Assembly (NCBI GenBank): GCA_938083505.1
Contig: CALKCF010000002.1
Span: 64,001-128,000 of the forward strand
Source of the DNA: an uncultured archaeon
GTDB taxonomy: Archaea; Thermoproteota; Nitrososphaeria_A; Caldarchaeales; Wolframiiraptoraceae
DNA length: 64,000 nt
Direction: 5' to 3'
The position numbers were made by a program, and so were the translations under genes. This document shows positions 7,050 through 19,082 of this stretch, piece by piece (position 1 is the first letter of the stretch; each line of letters begins with the position of its first letter). Under the pieces are notes generated by a model. The model was not told where the DNA came from. It searched no databases and saw only the letters and a list, made by a program, of their open reading frames with translations.

Positions 7050-8576
7050 TTGATGAAATTTGAAGTAATTTCGACGAATTTAGAAGGTGTAAGGGTTGAT
7101 TCTCTCATTATTCAATTCTTTGAGGGTGCTGAGGTTCCAGAAGCTGTGGTTACGCTACCCGAGAGTATCAAAGAGGAGATAGAGCCCTCGATTGGGACAG
7201 GCGGCTTCAAGGCCAAGCTCGGTCAGGTGCTTCCAGTGTATCCAAAATCTGCGGACGCCATCCGCTGCTTTCTGCTATTAGGCCTGGGAAGTAGGAAAGA
7301 TTTCAGCCTAGAGGCTGTAAGGCAGGCTCACGGTTATGCGGCCATAAGAGCCAAGGAGATAGGCAGTAAGAGCATAACGGTGCCCATATTCAGCATACCT
7401 CCCTACACCGCTCCCGAGATAACTGCCAGCGTTGTCGAGGCAATAAACCTGGCTTTTTACAGGTTTGACAGGTACAAGTCAAAGGTCGAGGATGGTAAAT
7501 ATCCGGAGCTTGTCAGACTCGTGGCAGATCCGGACGTAAGGAATATGTGTGATGCAGCGGCCAATGAGGCCGCCATAGTCTCGGAGGCCGTAAAGCTTGC
7601 GAGGGACTTAACCAACATGCCAAGTAGTGATATACCGCCAAAAAAGATGGCGGAGATAGCGACCGAGGTCGGAATGGTAAGCGGTTTCTCTACAAAGGTC
7701 TTAGAGGCAGAGGTGCTTGAAAGAATGGGAATGGGAGGCATAGTGAACGTCGGGAAAGGTAGCTCCAACCCGCCGGTCTTGATAATCATGAAGTACGACG
7801 GTGGCGGCGATACTTATGTGGTCGTAGGGAAAGGTGTGGTGTTCGATAGCGGAGGTATATCCCTAAAGCCGTCGGAGAAGATGGAGGAGATGAAGTATGA
7901 CAAAGCGGGCGCAGCCGCAGTCATCGCACTCATGAAGGCGGTAGCGGAACTTAAGCTTCCCGTAAGGCTAATAGGTATAGTGCCCGCCGTCGAAAACCTG
8001 CCAAGTAGCAACGCACTTAAGCCCGGCGATATAATAAGATTCAGAAACGGAAAGACTGCGGAGATTATAAGCACGGATGCGGAGGGTAGGTTGATACTTG
8101 CGGACGCTCTTGCCTACGCATCCGAGATGCGACCAAAGGTCATAGTAGACTTGGCAACACTGACCGGTGCCTGCGTTATAGCCCTCGGAACGCATGCAAG
8201 TGGCTTATTCAGCAACAACGACGAGCTAGCTGAGGCGCTTATAAAGGCAGGAGAAAAGACTGGAGAGAGACTTTGGAGACTTCCGCTCTGGAAGGATTAC
8301 TTCGAGCAGATAAAGAGCGATGTGGCTGATATGAAGAACGTCGGCGGTAGAGCCGCAGGCGCGATAACCGCGGCAGCCTTCCTGATGAACTTTGTAGAGG
8401 GGAACATACCTTGGGCCCATATAGACATAGCTGGGACTGCATGGACCCAAGAATCGTCGCCAGAGAAGAGCTACATACCGAAAGGTGCTACAGGCGTTGG
8501 TGTTAGATTACTCGTCGAATTCCTGAAGTCGGAGATTAAACGAGTTAAGCCTTACCCATCGGATGCCAACACTTAA
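7050..8576 (+). CDS. pepA: Leucyl aminopeptidase (M17)
   Basis: VGKGVVFDSGG, MKYDKAG, STDAEGRL, ATLTGA, WAHIDIAG. Confidence 0.93.
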   Translation: MMKFEVISTNLEGVRVDSLIIQFFEGAEVPEAVVTLPESIKEEIEPSIGTGGFKAKLGQVLPVYPKSADAIRCFLLLGLGSRKDFSLEAVRQAHGYAAIRAKEIGSKSITVPIFSIPPYTAPEITASVVEAINLAFYRFDRYKSKVEDGKYPELVRLVADPDVRNMCDAAANEAAIVSEAVKLARDLTNMPSSDIPPKKMAEIATEVGMVSGFSTKVLEAEVLERMGMGGIVNVGKGSSNPPVLIIMKYDGGGDTYVVVGKGVVFDSGGISLKPSEKMEEMKYDKAGAAAVIALMKAVAELKLPVRLIGIVPAVENLPSSNALKPGDIIRFRNGKTAEIISTDAEGRLILADALAYASEMRPKVIVDLATLTGACVIALGTHASGLFSNNDELAEALIKAGEKTGERLWRLPLWKDYFEQIKSDVADMKNVGGRAAGAITAAAFLMNFVEGNIPWAHIDIAGTAWTQESSPEKSYIPKGATGVGVRLLVEFLKSEIKRVKPYPSDANT

Positions 8577-8657
8577 ATTATGCTGGAGACCTGAGAATTT
8601 TTGCCTAATAAAAGGCGTGTTTAGTCGTCTGGACCTGTGTTTGTAGGTGGACTGAGG

Positions 8658-11402
8658 TTGCATAGGGTCGCGGTCATAGATTACGATTTCTGTCAGCCAA
8701 CCAAGTGCGGCCAGCCCTGCATATCATTCTGCCCGCCCGTGAGGAATAAGATAGAGGCCATCAAGCTCGGTGAGAAGGGATTTCCAGTAATTAACGAAGT
8801 GCTGTGTATTGGGTGCGGTATATGCCTCGACCCGAACACACCAGTGGTAACAGAGGCTGGTTTGAAGCCCATTAGAGAGGTTAAGGTAGGCGACAAAGTA
8901 CTCACACATAAAGGAAGGTTTAGGACTGTTCTCTCAAAAAGCGTCAGGCTGTATACCGGCCCCCTCTACAGAATAGAGGTACATGGTATACCGGACCCGA
9001 TACTGCTAACCGAGGATCATCCTTTACTCGTCGCTTCAAAGAACCAAGAAGCGGATGATTTTACGTTTGCCTGGAAAACCCCGCCCGAACTGAAAGAAGG
9101 CGATTACCTTTGTGCTCCAATAGTTACAAACGAAGGTTGTTTAGGGCAGCAAGAACAGCTCACTATCACTACCTCAGGAGTGCTAGCCCAATCGTTATCC
9201 TTTGAATTGACGTTCAAGCTCGGTATAATATTCGGTTATTACCTTGCCAGGGGGTCTGTAGAGCGTGAAAAAGTCGTATTTAGATTCGAAAGGGAGGGTA
9301 TGGTTAAAAAGGCAGAGGAGCTTCTAGAGAAATGCTTCGGTGTGAAAGTCATCCAGAAAGGCCCCAGATCGTTCTTTGTAAACTCGGAGCCTTTAGCCAA
9401 TCTGTTCCGCAACATTCTCGGAGGCTCGGAAGATTCTAAGAGGATACCAATGAGCTTCCTATCCGCATCCTTAGACTTCTTAAAAGGTTTCATCTTAGGA
9501 TTCATAGAGGCTGGGGATAATCGTACGAGTCCTTACATTTCCATGAATAATGCATACATCTTAAAGTTGATGGGAGCAAGGCTTAGCTTACCGTTATCAA
9601 TAAAAAAGGTCGCAAATGCTTATGCAATCTCACTCAGCGATAGGGGGAATGTATCATCAGGAGGTTACCAACTAAACATAATAAACTCAGTGAAGGTTGA
9701 GTTTGTGAAAGATTACCTAGTAATAAACTTAGAAGTCGAAGATGACGAGACATACAACGCCGTAGGGCTTATAGTTCATAACTGTGTTAAGAAGTGCCCG
9801 TTTGAAGCGATCACGATAGTTAACCTGAGCGAAGAGCTTGGTAGGGACATGGTGCACCAATACGGTGTGAATTCGTTCAGGCTTTACAGGCTTCCATACT
9901 TGGAGAAGGAAAAAGTCATCGGTATAATCGGAAAGAACGGCATAGGTAAGACCACAGCGTTGCAGATACTTGCGGGCCGTATTGTCCCGAACTTAGGCAA
10001 GTTATGCGAGGAGAAATCCCTACATGATGTTGCCAGAATGTTCAGGGGCTCACTTATACAAGATTATTTGACGAAGCTCGCCAGCGGTGATGTAAAAATT
10101 TCATACAAGCCGCAATACATCGACACGATACCAAAAGTCGTTAAAGGTAAAGTTGGCGCAATTTTGTTAAAGATTGGTCCCGAAGAGCGTGTTAACAAGC
10201 TAATAGACATGCTGGAGCTCCGCAACCTATTGGATAGGGATGTTTCTGTACTTAGCGGCGGTGAGCTCCAACGCCTTGCGATAGCGGCTTGCCTTGCAAG
10301 GGATGCTAATGCGTTCATACTAGACGAGCCGACCAGCTTCCTTGATATAAAGCAAAGGTTTAGGATAGCTTCAGTAATCAGGGAGCGCGCGCGGGAGGGC
10401 ATGGCCCTCGTATCTGACCATGACCTCGCGGTTCTTGACTATATATCGGATAAGGTTTTCGTGTTTTACGGCGAGCCAGGGGTATACGGCATCGTCGCAG
10501 GCCCTTATGGTGTTAGGGAGGGCATAAATATATTCATAGAAGGATACATACCTGACGAGAATGTAAGGTTTAGGAGTGAAAGGATATTGTTCCAGCTGAG
10601 GCCTCCAACGGAGGCTTATGAAGAGGGTTACTTAAGGCTCTACTGGCCGAGCATGACAAAAACCTATGATGTCTTTAGGCTGGAGGTCGAAGAGGGCTAT
10701 GCATATCCTGGCGAGGTGATCGGTATAGTGGGTCCAAACGGTATAGGTAAAACAACCTTCATAAAAATATTGGCGGGCATCGAGAAGGCTGATGCGGAGT
10801 TTCAGTTACCTTATAGGACGATAAGTTACAAGCCACAGTATCCAGAGATAAAGGACGAGAAAGTTGAAGTCGTTCTTAAAGAAGCTGCTGGAAGCAAGTT
10901 CAATACCGACCTTTACCAATCAGAGCTGATTAGAGCATTGGGTCTACATAAGATACTTGAAAGGAATGTTAGAGAGCTGAGTGGTGGCGAGCTCCAGAAG
11001 GTTGCAATAGCTGAGGCCCTTTCAAAGGATGCTGAAATTTACCTGATAGACGAACCGAGCGCGTACCTGGACGTCGAAGAAAGGTATACAGTCGCAAAGT
11101 TGCTGAAGAGGATAACACGCGAAAGGCAGGCCCATACATTCCTCGTTGAGCATGACCTTATGGTATTAGACTTTGCATCAAGCAGATTGATGGTTTTCTC
11201 GGGCGAGCCGGGTATCAGCGGACATGCCAGCAAACCCATGGACCTTAGGTCAGGGTTCAACGCTTTTCTAAAAGATATGGGTGTCACATTCAGGAGGGAC
11301 CAACAGACGTTCAGGCCGAGAGCGAACAAGCCCGATTCTAGATTGGACAAACAACAAAAAGCGATCGGTGAGTATTACTATCCAGTACCGACCTCGGAGT
11401 AA
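8658..11402 (+). CDS. Ribosome recycling ATPase ABCE1/RLI, intein-containing
   Basis: N-terminal CX4CX3CX3CP and CIGCGI|CVKKCPF Fe-S motifs; two ABC domains (GKNGIGKT, GPNGIGKT, LSGGELQ twice); TFRRD/RPRANK tail; likely TTG start at 8658. Confidence 0.95.
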   Translation: MHRVAVIDYDFCQPTKCGQPCISFCPPVRNKIEAIKLGEKGFPVINEVLCIGCGICLDPNTPVVTEAGLKPIREVKVGDKVLTHKGRFRTVLSKSVRLYTGPLYRIEVHGIPDPILLTEDHPLLVASKNQEADDFTFAWKTPPELKEGDYLCAPIVTNEGCLGQQEQLTITTSGVLAQSLSFELTFKLGIIFGYYLARGSVEREKVVFRFEREGMVKKAEELLEKCFGVKVIQKGPRSFFVNSEPLANLFRNILGGSEDSKRIPMSFLSASLDFLKGFILGFIEAGDNRTSPYISMNNAYILKLMGARLSLPLSIKKVANAYAISLSDRGNVSSGGYQLNIINSVKVEFVKDYLVINLEVEDDETYNAVGLIVHNCVKKCPFEAITIVNLSEELGRDMVHQYGVNSFRLYRLPYLEKEKVIGIIGKNGIGKTTALQILAGRIVPNLGKLCEEKSLHDVARMFRGSLIQDYLTKLASGDVKISYKPQYIDTIPKVVKGKVGAILLKIGPEERVNKLIDMLELRNLLDRDVSVLSGGELQRLAIAACLARDANAFILDEPTSFLDIKQRFRIASVIRERAREGMALVSDHDLAVLDYISDKVFVFYGEPGVYGIVAGPYGVREGINIFIEGYIPDENVRFRSERILFQLRPPTEAYEEGYLRLYWPSMTKTYDVFRLEVEEGYAYPGEVIGIVGPNGIGKTTFIKILAGIEKADAEFQLPYRTISYKPQYPEIKDEKVEVVLKEAAGSKFNTDLYQSELIRALGLHKILERNVRELSGGELQKVAIAEALSKDAEIYLIDEPSAYLDVEERYTVAKLLKRITRERQAHTFLVEHDLMVLDFASSRLMVFSGEPGISGHASKPMDLRSGFNAFLKDMGVTFRRDQQTFRPRANKPDSRLDKQQKAIGEYYYPVPTSE
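8823..9782 (+). mobile_element. Class-1 intein (320 aa) with degenerate LAGLIDADG endonuclease region
   Basis: Block A CLDPNTPV, block B LTEDHP, blocks F/G VINLEVEDDETYNAVGLIVHN followed by Cys+1; removal restores CIGCGICVKKCPF. Confidence 0.95.
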
Positions 11403-11451
11403 TTATTTTAGGATAGGAAAAATTAAATATTTTTAAGTTTAGAGCCAGAGC

Positions 11452-13744
<2,293 letters not shown>

Positions 13745-13792
13745 ACACTAGAGTTTTATAACCAGCCCCAATCTTTTTATGCGTGATAAGGT

Positions 13793-14260
13793 TTGGTAAG
13801 GCTTAGCTATGAGAATAGGTTGAAGGAACTCGGCTATTCGTTACCAGAGCCTCCCAAACCGGTCGCATCATATGTTCCGAGCATAAAAGTGGGCAAACTG
13901 CTTTTCGTGAGCGGGGTTCTACCCATAGTAAATGACAGATTGCTGTATACCGGTAAGCTCGGTAGAGAAGTCACGTTGGAGCAAGGATATGAGGCGGCTA
14001 AAGTTGCTGTATTGAACGCTCTTTCTATCGTAAAGTCTTCACTCGGCACTCTTGAAAAGGTGAATAGGGTTGTTAGGCTGGTCGGTTACGTGGCATCGGC
14101 AGAAGGTTTTAACGAGCAGCCGAAAGTCGTCAATGGTGCTTCGGACCTTCTCGTAAAAGTATTCGGTGAAAAGGGGAAGCACTCGAGGGTTGCGGTTGGT
14201 GTCATGGAACTACCAAAGGGCGCTCCGGTAGAGATCGAGATTATACTTCGGACAAAGTAG
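13793..14260 (+). CDS. RidA/YjgF family protein
   Basis: PVASYVP, NGASDLL, GKHSRVAVG, LP.GAPVEIE. Confidence 0.9.
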   Translation: MVRLSYENRLKELGYSLPEPPKPVASYVPSIKVGKLLFVSGVLPIVNDRLLYTGKLGREVTLEQGYEAAKVAVLNALSIVKSSLGTLEKVNRVVRLVGYVASAEGFNEQPKVVNGASDLLVKVFGEKGKHSRVAVGVMELPKGAPVEIEIILRTK

Positions 14261-14271
14261 GGTAGGGATAT

Positions 14272-14919
14272 ATGCCCAAACAAAAGCTAATAATTTTTGA
14301 TATAGACGGTACGTTGTATAGGAATGACGAGTACGAGAAAAACTTGCATAAGGAAATCGTAGAGTTGCTCGCAGAGAAGCTCAGCTGCAGTCCTGAAGAG
14401 GTTAGAGTTAAACTCAGAGCTTTAAGGAAAGAAACTGCAAGTATAAGCTGGTGCTTAATAAAGCTCGGGATAAACCTGAAGAAGTTTTACGAAGAGCTCG
14501 CAAAAAGAGTAAATCCATCAAAGTACATAAGAGAGACAAAGGACGTCAAAGTTTTGCTAAGAAAGCTTAAGGAGGCTGGATTCAGGCTAGCGGTACACAC
14601 GAATTCCGGCAGGGCGCTTGCTCTTAAAGTGCTCGAGGCCCTTGGGATAGATCCATTGACGTTTGACGTAATGGTCACGAGCGACGATACAGAACCGAAG
14701 CCCTCCCGTGACGGATACTTAAAGGTCCTTGAACTCGCAGACGTAACCGCTGAAGAGGCCGTGTACGTCGGCGACCGCTACGATGTTGATTTGAAGACTG
14801 CAAAGGAGCTTGGTATTAAGACGGTTATCGTGGGAAAAGGTACGATCCCAAATGACGTAGACTTTAAAGTCGAAAACATACTTGAAATCGAAAAGCTTTT
14901 CCTGAAGATGGAAGGATAA
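14272..14919 (+). CDS. HAD-superfamily hydrolase
   Basis: FDIDGTL, HTNS, KP, VGDRYDVD. Confidence 0.9.
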   Translation: MPKQKLIIFDIDGTLYRNDEYEKNLHKEIVELLAEKLSCSPEEVRVKLRALRKETASISWCLIKLGINLKKFYEELAKRVNPSKYIRETKDVKVLLRKLKEAGFRLAVHTNSGRALALKVLEALGIDPLTFDVMVTSDDTEPKPSRDGYLKVLELADVTAEEAVYVGDRYDVDLKTAKELGIKTVIVGKGTIPNDVDFKVENILEIEKLFLKMEG

Positions 14920-14990
14920 TGTTTACGTCATGCATCTTATTTAAGTATAAAAGGAAACAGACGTAGAGTAATTATTTTGGGTAAAAAAGC

Positions 14991-15590
14991 TTGGGATGTA
15001 AACTTATGGGTGCAAATTCTGACACAATACAAAGATTCGTATCAGAATTGGAAAAGGTAGGTGCAACCGCTAAGTTTCTTAGAACGCGTACAGAGGTCGT
15101 TAGATATCTCTCAGATTTCGTAATGAAGAAAGGAGCTAATCTTGTGCTCACGTGTGGTTTGGAGCACGAGTTGTCCTTCGAACTCTCTAAGGTTATAAAC
15201 TCGATGGGCATATCCTGCTTTGACATAGACGTTGTCGATAAACGTAACCTTCGCAAGCTCCTTGAGGCGGCATATATAGGTATAACGGATGCAGACTTGG
15301 CAGTTGCCGAGACAGGTTCGCTTATCATAATAAGCGAGAATGACGCAAAGAGGCTTATATCTTGTTTACCACCAATCCATGTAGCAATACTTTCAAAGGA
15401 AAACATACTCGATAACTTTTTAGAAGTTTCTGAATGGCTTAGAAAAGCGCAGAGCACTGGCAGGTATACGGTATCCATAATCACCGGACCGAGCAGGACC
15501 GCTGATATAGAGCTTGAGATCGTGATAGGCGTTCACGGACCCCACGAACTGCATGTCATAATATTGGAGGGGATGTCAGATGAAAAGTAG
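14991..15590 (+). CDS. lutC: LUD-domain lactate utilization protein C-like
   Basis: AETGS, LPPIH, ITGPSRTADIE...GVHGP. Confidence 0.85.
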   Translation: MGCKLMGANSDTIQRFVSELEKVGATAKFLRTRTEVVRYLSDFVMKKGANLVLTCGLEHELSFELSKVINSMGISCFDIDVVDKRNLRKLLEAAYIGITDADLAVAETGSLIIISENDAKRLISCLPPIHVAILSKENILDNFLEVSEWLRKAQSTGRYTVSIITGPSRTADIELEIVIGVHGPHELHVIILEGMSDEK

Positions 15591-17706
15591 GAATATAATC
15601 GCTGAGGTTTCCGAAGCGCTGAAGAACAAGAACCAGATTGAGAATCTGAAGATCGCCATGTTATATATGAGAGACAAAAAAAATGCTGCTATGGCAGAGT
15701 ATAATGAGAAGGAATTGCTTGAGTTAAAGAGCATAAGGCAAGCATCGTTAAACTCGCTCGACGAAAACATTAAGCTACTTAAGGACAGGCTTGAGAGGAA
15801 TGGCTGTAGTTTTTACTTCGCTAAAACTGCCAAAGATGCGTGTGAGTATGTTGTAAGCTTAGCAAGGGTCAAGGGTGTTAAAAGAATCGTTAAGGCGAAG
15901 TCCATAACTACGGAAGAGATAGAACTGAACAAGCGGCTTGCGTCTGAAGGTTTTGAGGTTATAGAGACAGACTTAGGTGAATGGTTGGTTCAGTTAGCTG
16001 ACCATAAACCGTCACACCTGACTGCTCCGGCCATACATTTCTCAAGGTACGAAATAGTTAAGCTCATAGAGGACAGGTTAGGGGTCAGGCTACCGGCAGA
16101 CCCTAAAGAGATCACAAAATTTGTGCGCGCATTCCTTAGAGAGAAGTTTATCACGGCAGACATGGGAATAACGGGAGGGAACATCGTTGTCGCGGAGACT
16201 GGGAGCTTAGTGCTTGTGACGAATGAAGGAAACGGGAGACTGGTCACAGCACTTCCTCGCATTCATGTTGCTATCGTAGGGGTTGAGAAAATTGTCAGAA
16301 CCTGGGAAGATGCCGTAAAGATACTAGACGTTTTACCGAAAAGTGCCACCGGACAGAAGATGGCAACGTACATTACGATACTGAATTCAGGCTCTGAAAC
16401 ACCATTGCCGAATAATGAATTCGTTAAACGGGAGTTCCATCTAGTTTTGTTGGATAACGGAAGGCTTAACGCGCTTCAGGACAAGATTCTGTCTGATGCG
16501 TTGAAATGCATAAGGTGCTCGGCATGTTTCAATGTCTGCCCAACATATAGGGTTTTAGGAGGCCACGTCTTCGGTTACATCTACAACGGCCCAATTGGCA
16601 TACCTTGGACGTACATATCGCATGGTCTTGAAAATGCGGCAGGTTATGCATCCCTTTGCATATCTTGTGGGCTATGCCGAGAAACATGTCCACTCAGCAT
16701 AGACATACCAACAATAGCCTCCGAGATAAAGCGAAGGTACGGGGAAAGCAACGGTTATCGTTGGGTTGACAAAAGGCTCGCCGGTTATGAAAGTCTCGTG
16801 AAGCTTGCAAGCAGTGTGGCGCCCGCGTTAAACTTCTTAGCCAGCACGAGCGTGATGAGGTGGGCTTTGGAAAAATTCTTAGGCATAGATAGAAGGGTAA
16901 ACCTTCCAAAGTTCTCAAAGAAGACTTTACCTGAGTTGTTGGATAGTGTGCTCGTTCAACATATAGAAAGTGATAGAAAGGTTGCATACTTCGCTGACAG
17001 CATGGCCTACTACGTAGACGTAGATGTTGGGTTAGCAACAATTAATGTACTTCTGAAGAATCGTTTCGAGATCGTTATGCCACCTCAGAAAGGTAGCGGT
17101 ATGCCTTCGTTCCTCTATGGTCTTTTAGACGGCACAAAGAAGGTTGCGGAGTACAACGTTAAGTACATGCACGAATACGTATCTAAAGGTTACGATGTAG
17201 TTTCTGCAGAACCGACAGCAATCTACTGCTTCAGATTCGTATATCCTAAGTTGCTCGAAACAAAAGAAGCACAGGAAGTGGCAGAGAGAAGTTACGAGTT
17301 GTTTGGCTACCTTTTGAGAATGCTAGAGAGCGGTATGTTAGACCTAAGCTTTAAGCGATACAATGGTGTCAAAGCGGTCTATCATCTTCCGTGCCATTCC
17401 AAGCATTTAAGCAAGGAGAAACCCGTCTTAAAGTTTTTGGAAATTCTTGGAATGGAAATAGAGTTCGTTGATTATGGTTGCTGCGGTATGGGCGGCACAT
17501 GGGGCATGAAAAGGGGCTATGAGGGTTACGAGATAAGCAAGGTGATAGCCGAGCCGCTTGTTACAGCAATCTCTAACTCAGGCGCGGATCTCATCGTTAC
17601 AGAGTGCAGCCTCTGTAGGATGCAAATAGAACGTTTTAGTGGCAAAAAGATAGTTCACCCGGTAATATTGTTGGACAAGGCATATAAAGGTCTACCAATA
17701 CCCTGA
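15580..17706 (+). CDS. LutB-like LUD/4Fe-4S protein fused to C-terminal CCG (LutA/GlpC-like) domains
   Basis: ETDLGE, PSHLTAPAIH, NEGNGR, CIRCSACFNVCP, CISCGLCRETCP, YHLPCH, GCCGMGG, ECSLCRMQ. Confidence 0.85.
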   Translation: MKSRNIIAEVSEALKNKNQIENLKIAMLYMRDKKNAAMAEYNEKELLELKSIRQASLNSLDENIKLLKDRLERNGCSFYFAKTAKDACEYVVSLARVKGVKRIVKAKSITTEEIELNKRLASEGFEVIETDLGEWLVQLADHKPSHLTAPAIHFSRYEIVKLIEDRLGVRLPADPKEITKFVRAFLREKFITADMGITGGNIVVAETGSLVLVTNEGNGRLVTALPRIHVAIVGVEKIVRTWEDAVKILDVLPKSATGQKMATYITILNSGSETPLPNNEFVKREFHLVLLDNGRLNALQDKILSDALKCIRCSACFNVCPTYRVLGGHVFGYIYNGPIGIPWTYISHGLENAAGYASLCISCGLCRETCPLSIDIPTIASEIKRRYGESNGYRWVDKRLAGYESLVKLASSVAPALNFLASTSVMRWALEKFLGIDRRVNLPKFSKKTLPELLDSVLVQHIESDRKVAYFADSMAYYVDVDVGLATINVLLKNRFEIVMPPQKGSGMPSFLYGLLDGTKKVAEYNVKYMHEYVSKGYDVVSAEPTAIYCFRFVYPKLLETKEAQEVAERSYELFGYLLRMLESGMLDLSFKRYNGVKAVYHLPCHSKHLSKEKPVLKFLEILGMEIEFVDYGCCGMGGTWGMKRGYEGYEISKVIAEPLVTAISNSGADLIVTECSLCRMQIERFSGKKIVHPVILLDKAYKGLPIP

Positions 17707-17726
17707 AACCATACCTGCAAAAAGGG

Positions 17727-18284
17727 TTGAGGCCAGAGTTGAGGTACGGTAGCGGCGATGATGGAACTACTGAGCTTTTAGGAGGGGTCAGAGTCCCAAA
17801 GGACGATCCAAGGGTCGAAGTTTTAGGAACACTCGACGAGCTGAATGCTATCCTAGGCCTTGCCAGAACTTTGACCGGATACCACGACGTAAAAGACGTT
17901 TTATCGCGCATACAAAGGTCGTTGTATGTTGTTGGTGTTGAGATAGCATCAGTCAACACACCAGCGTACAAAACGACCGTTAATGAAGGGATGTTAAAAG
18001 AGCTTGAAGACTTAATCGGACGTTACGAGTCCGAAGTGTACGCGACGACGGGGTTCGTAATACCTTATGGCGCTACGAGTAGCGTAGTATTGCACATAGC
18101 AAGATGTGTTGCCCGAAGACTGGAGAGGAGAGTTGTATCGCTAAAAGCGAGTTTCTACGTAAGCAAAACGCTTCTTGCATACCTGAATAGGCTTTCTACG
18201 TTCCTCTTCATCTTGGCAAGGGCAATAAACGCCAGAGGGTACGTTGAAGAAGAGGTTCTGGAGGTTAAAAACCTAATTGAATGA
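17727..18284 (+). CDS. PduO-type ATP:cob(I)alamin adenosyltransferase
   Basis: GDDGTT, GTLDELNA, ARCVARRLER, YLNRLS. Confidence 0.88.
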   Translation: MRPELRYGSGDDGTTELLGGVRVPKDDPRVEVLGTLDELNAILGLARTLTGYHDVKDVLSRIQRSLYVVGVEIASVNTPAYKTTVNEGMLKELEDLIGRYESEVYATTGFVIPYGATSSVVLHIARCVARRLERRVVSLKASFYVSKTLLAYLNRLSTFLFILARAINARGYVEEEVLEVKNLIE

Positions 18285-18290
18285 CGAAAC

Positions 18291-18971
18291 CTAACGACGC
18301 TCAGAATGTATGTATTTATCCGCTTCCTTCTCCAGCATATCCACCAACAGCACCGATGCCATTCCAAGCTCACGCGCCGGTAGGAATCTGTCGGAATTTG
18401 CGCTGAACGAAATATTAGCCACCGCTGGTACGTATTCCCGTTTCTCTGCCGCCCAAAGTTGACAAAGGACTCGAACCCTCGGAAGTATCTGGAAGGAGAA
18501 ACCCATGCCTCCCAATTTTTCACGTTTTCCACCCAATGCCTTACAAGCATATTCGTACGCATCCACCATATTGCCGAACTTCTTAACCAACCGTTTTAAG
18601 ACAAAATCCTCAAACTCTCTAATGTAATGGACTGCGCCAGCAACGTCTTTATAGTTTACCCATGTGGCACCTAGCGGTGTACCGTCGCCAGTTATAAGAT
18701 ATTTGAGGATTATGTATTGGATGTTTATGGGTGCAGGTTTATCGGTTAACAGGTCGACGACGCGTCCTTCTGAGACCTCAACTGAATACGTTCTATTAAG
18801 GAAAGTTATTATAAACCTACCTTTGAGGCCCGATCCACGGGGCGATATGTATGCAACAGCGCATTTTCTGGCGACCTCGCCAAGATTTCTTTGAGATAGT
18901 TCAGCAAATGCCTTTTTGGTTTCAATAGTTATTAAGTCGTCAGACATCCTAATCGTATGGTATCCTGACAT
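18291..18971 (-). CDS. DUF3786-domain protein
   Basis: ILKYL, W..YKDV.G, F..LPRV...LW, PA.ANI.F pattern. Confidence 0.7.
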   Translation of the reverse strand: MSGYHTIRMSDDLITIETKKAFAELSQRNLGEVARKCAVAYISPRGSGLKGRFIITFLNRTYSVEVSEGRVVDLLTDKPAPINIQYIILKYLITGDGTPLGATWVNYKDVAGAVHYIREFEDFVLKRLVKKFGNMVDAYEYACKALGGKREKLGGMGFSFQILPRVRVLCQLWAAEKREYVPAVANISFSANSDRFLPARELGMASVLLVDMLEKEADKYIHSERR

Positions 18972-19082
18972 CCCGGCCGTAATCCAAAGTAATCCATGTT
19001 TCTATATGAATTTTGTCGTGGAAGAGTTTTTTAAGAAAAGTTTTAAGACATGCACCTACAGCTCATATTGTGGTGCTAACAG

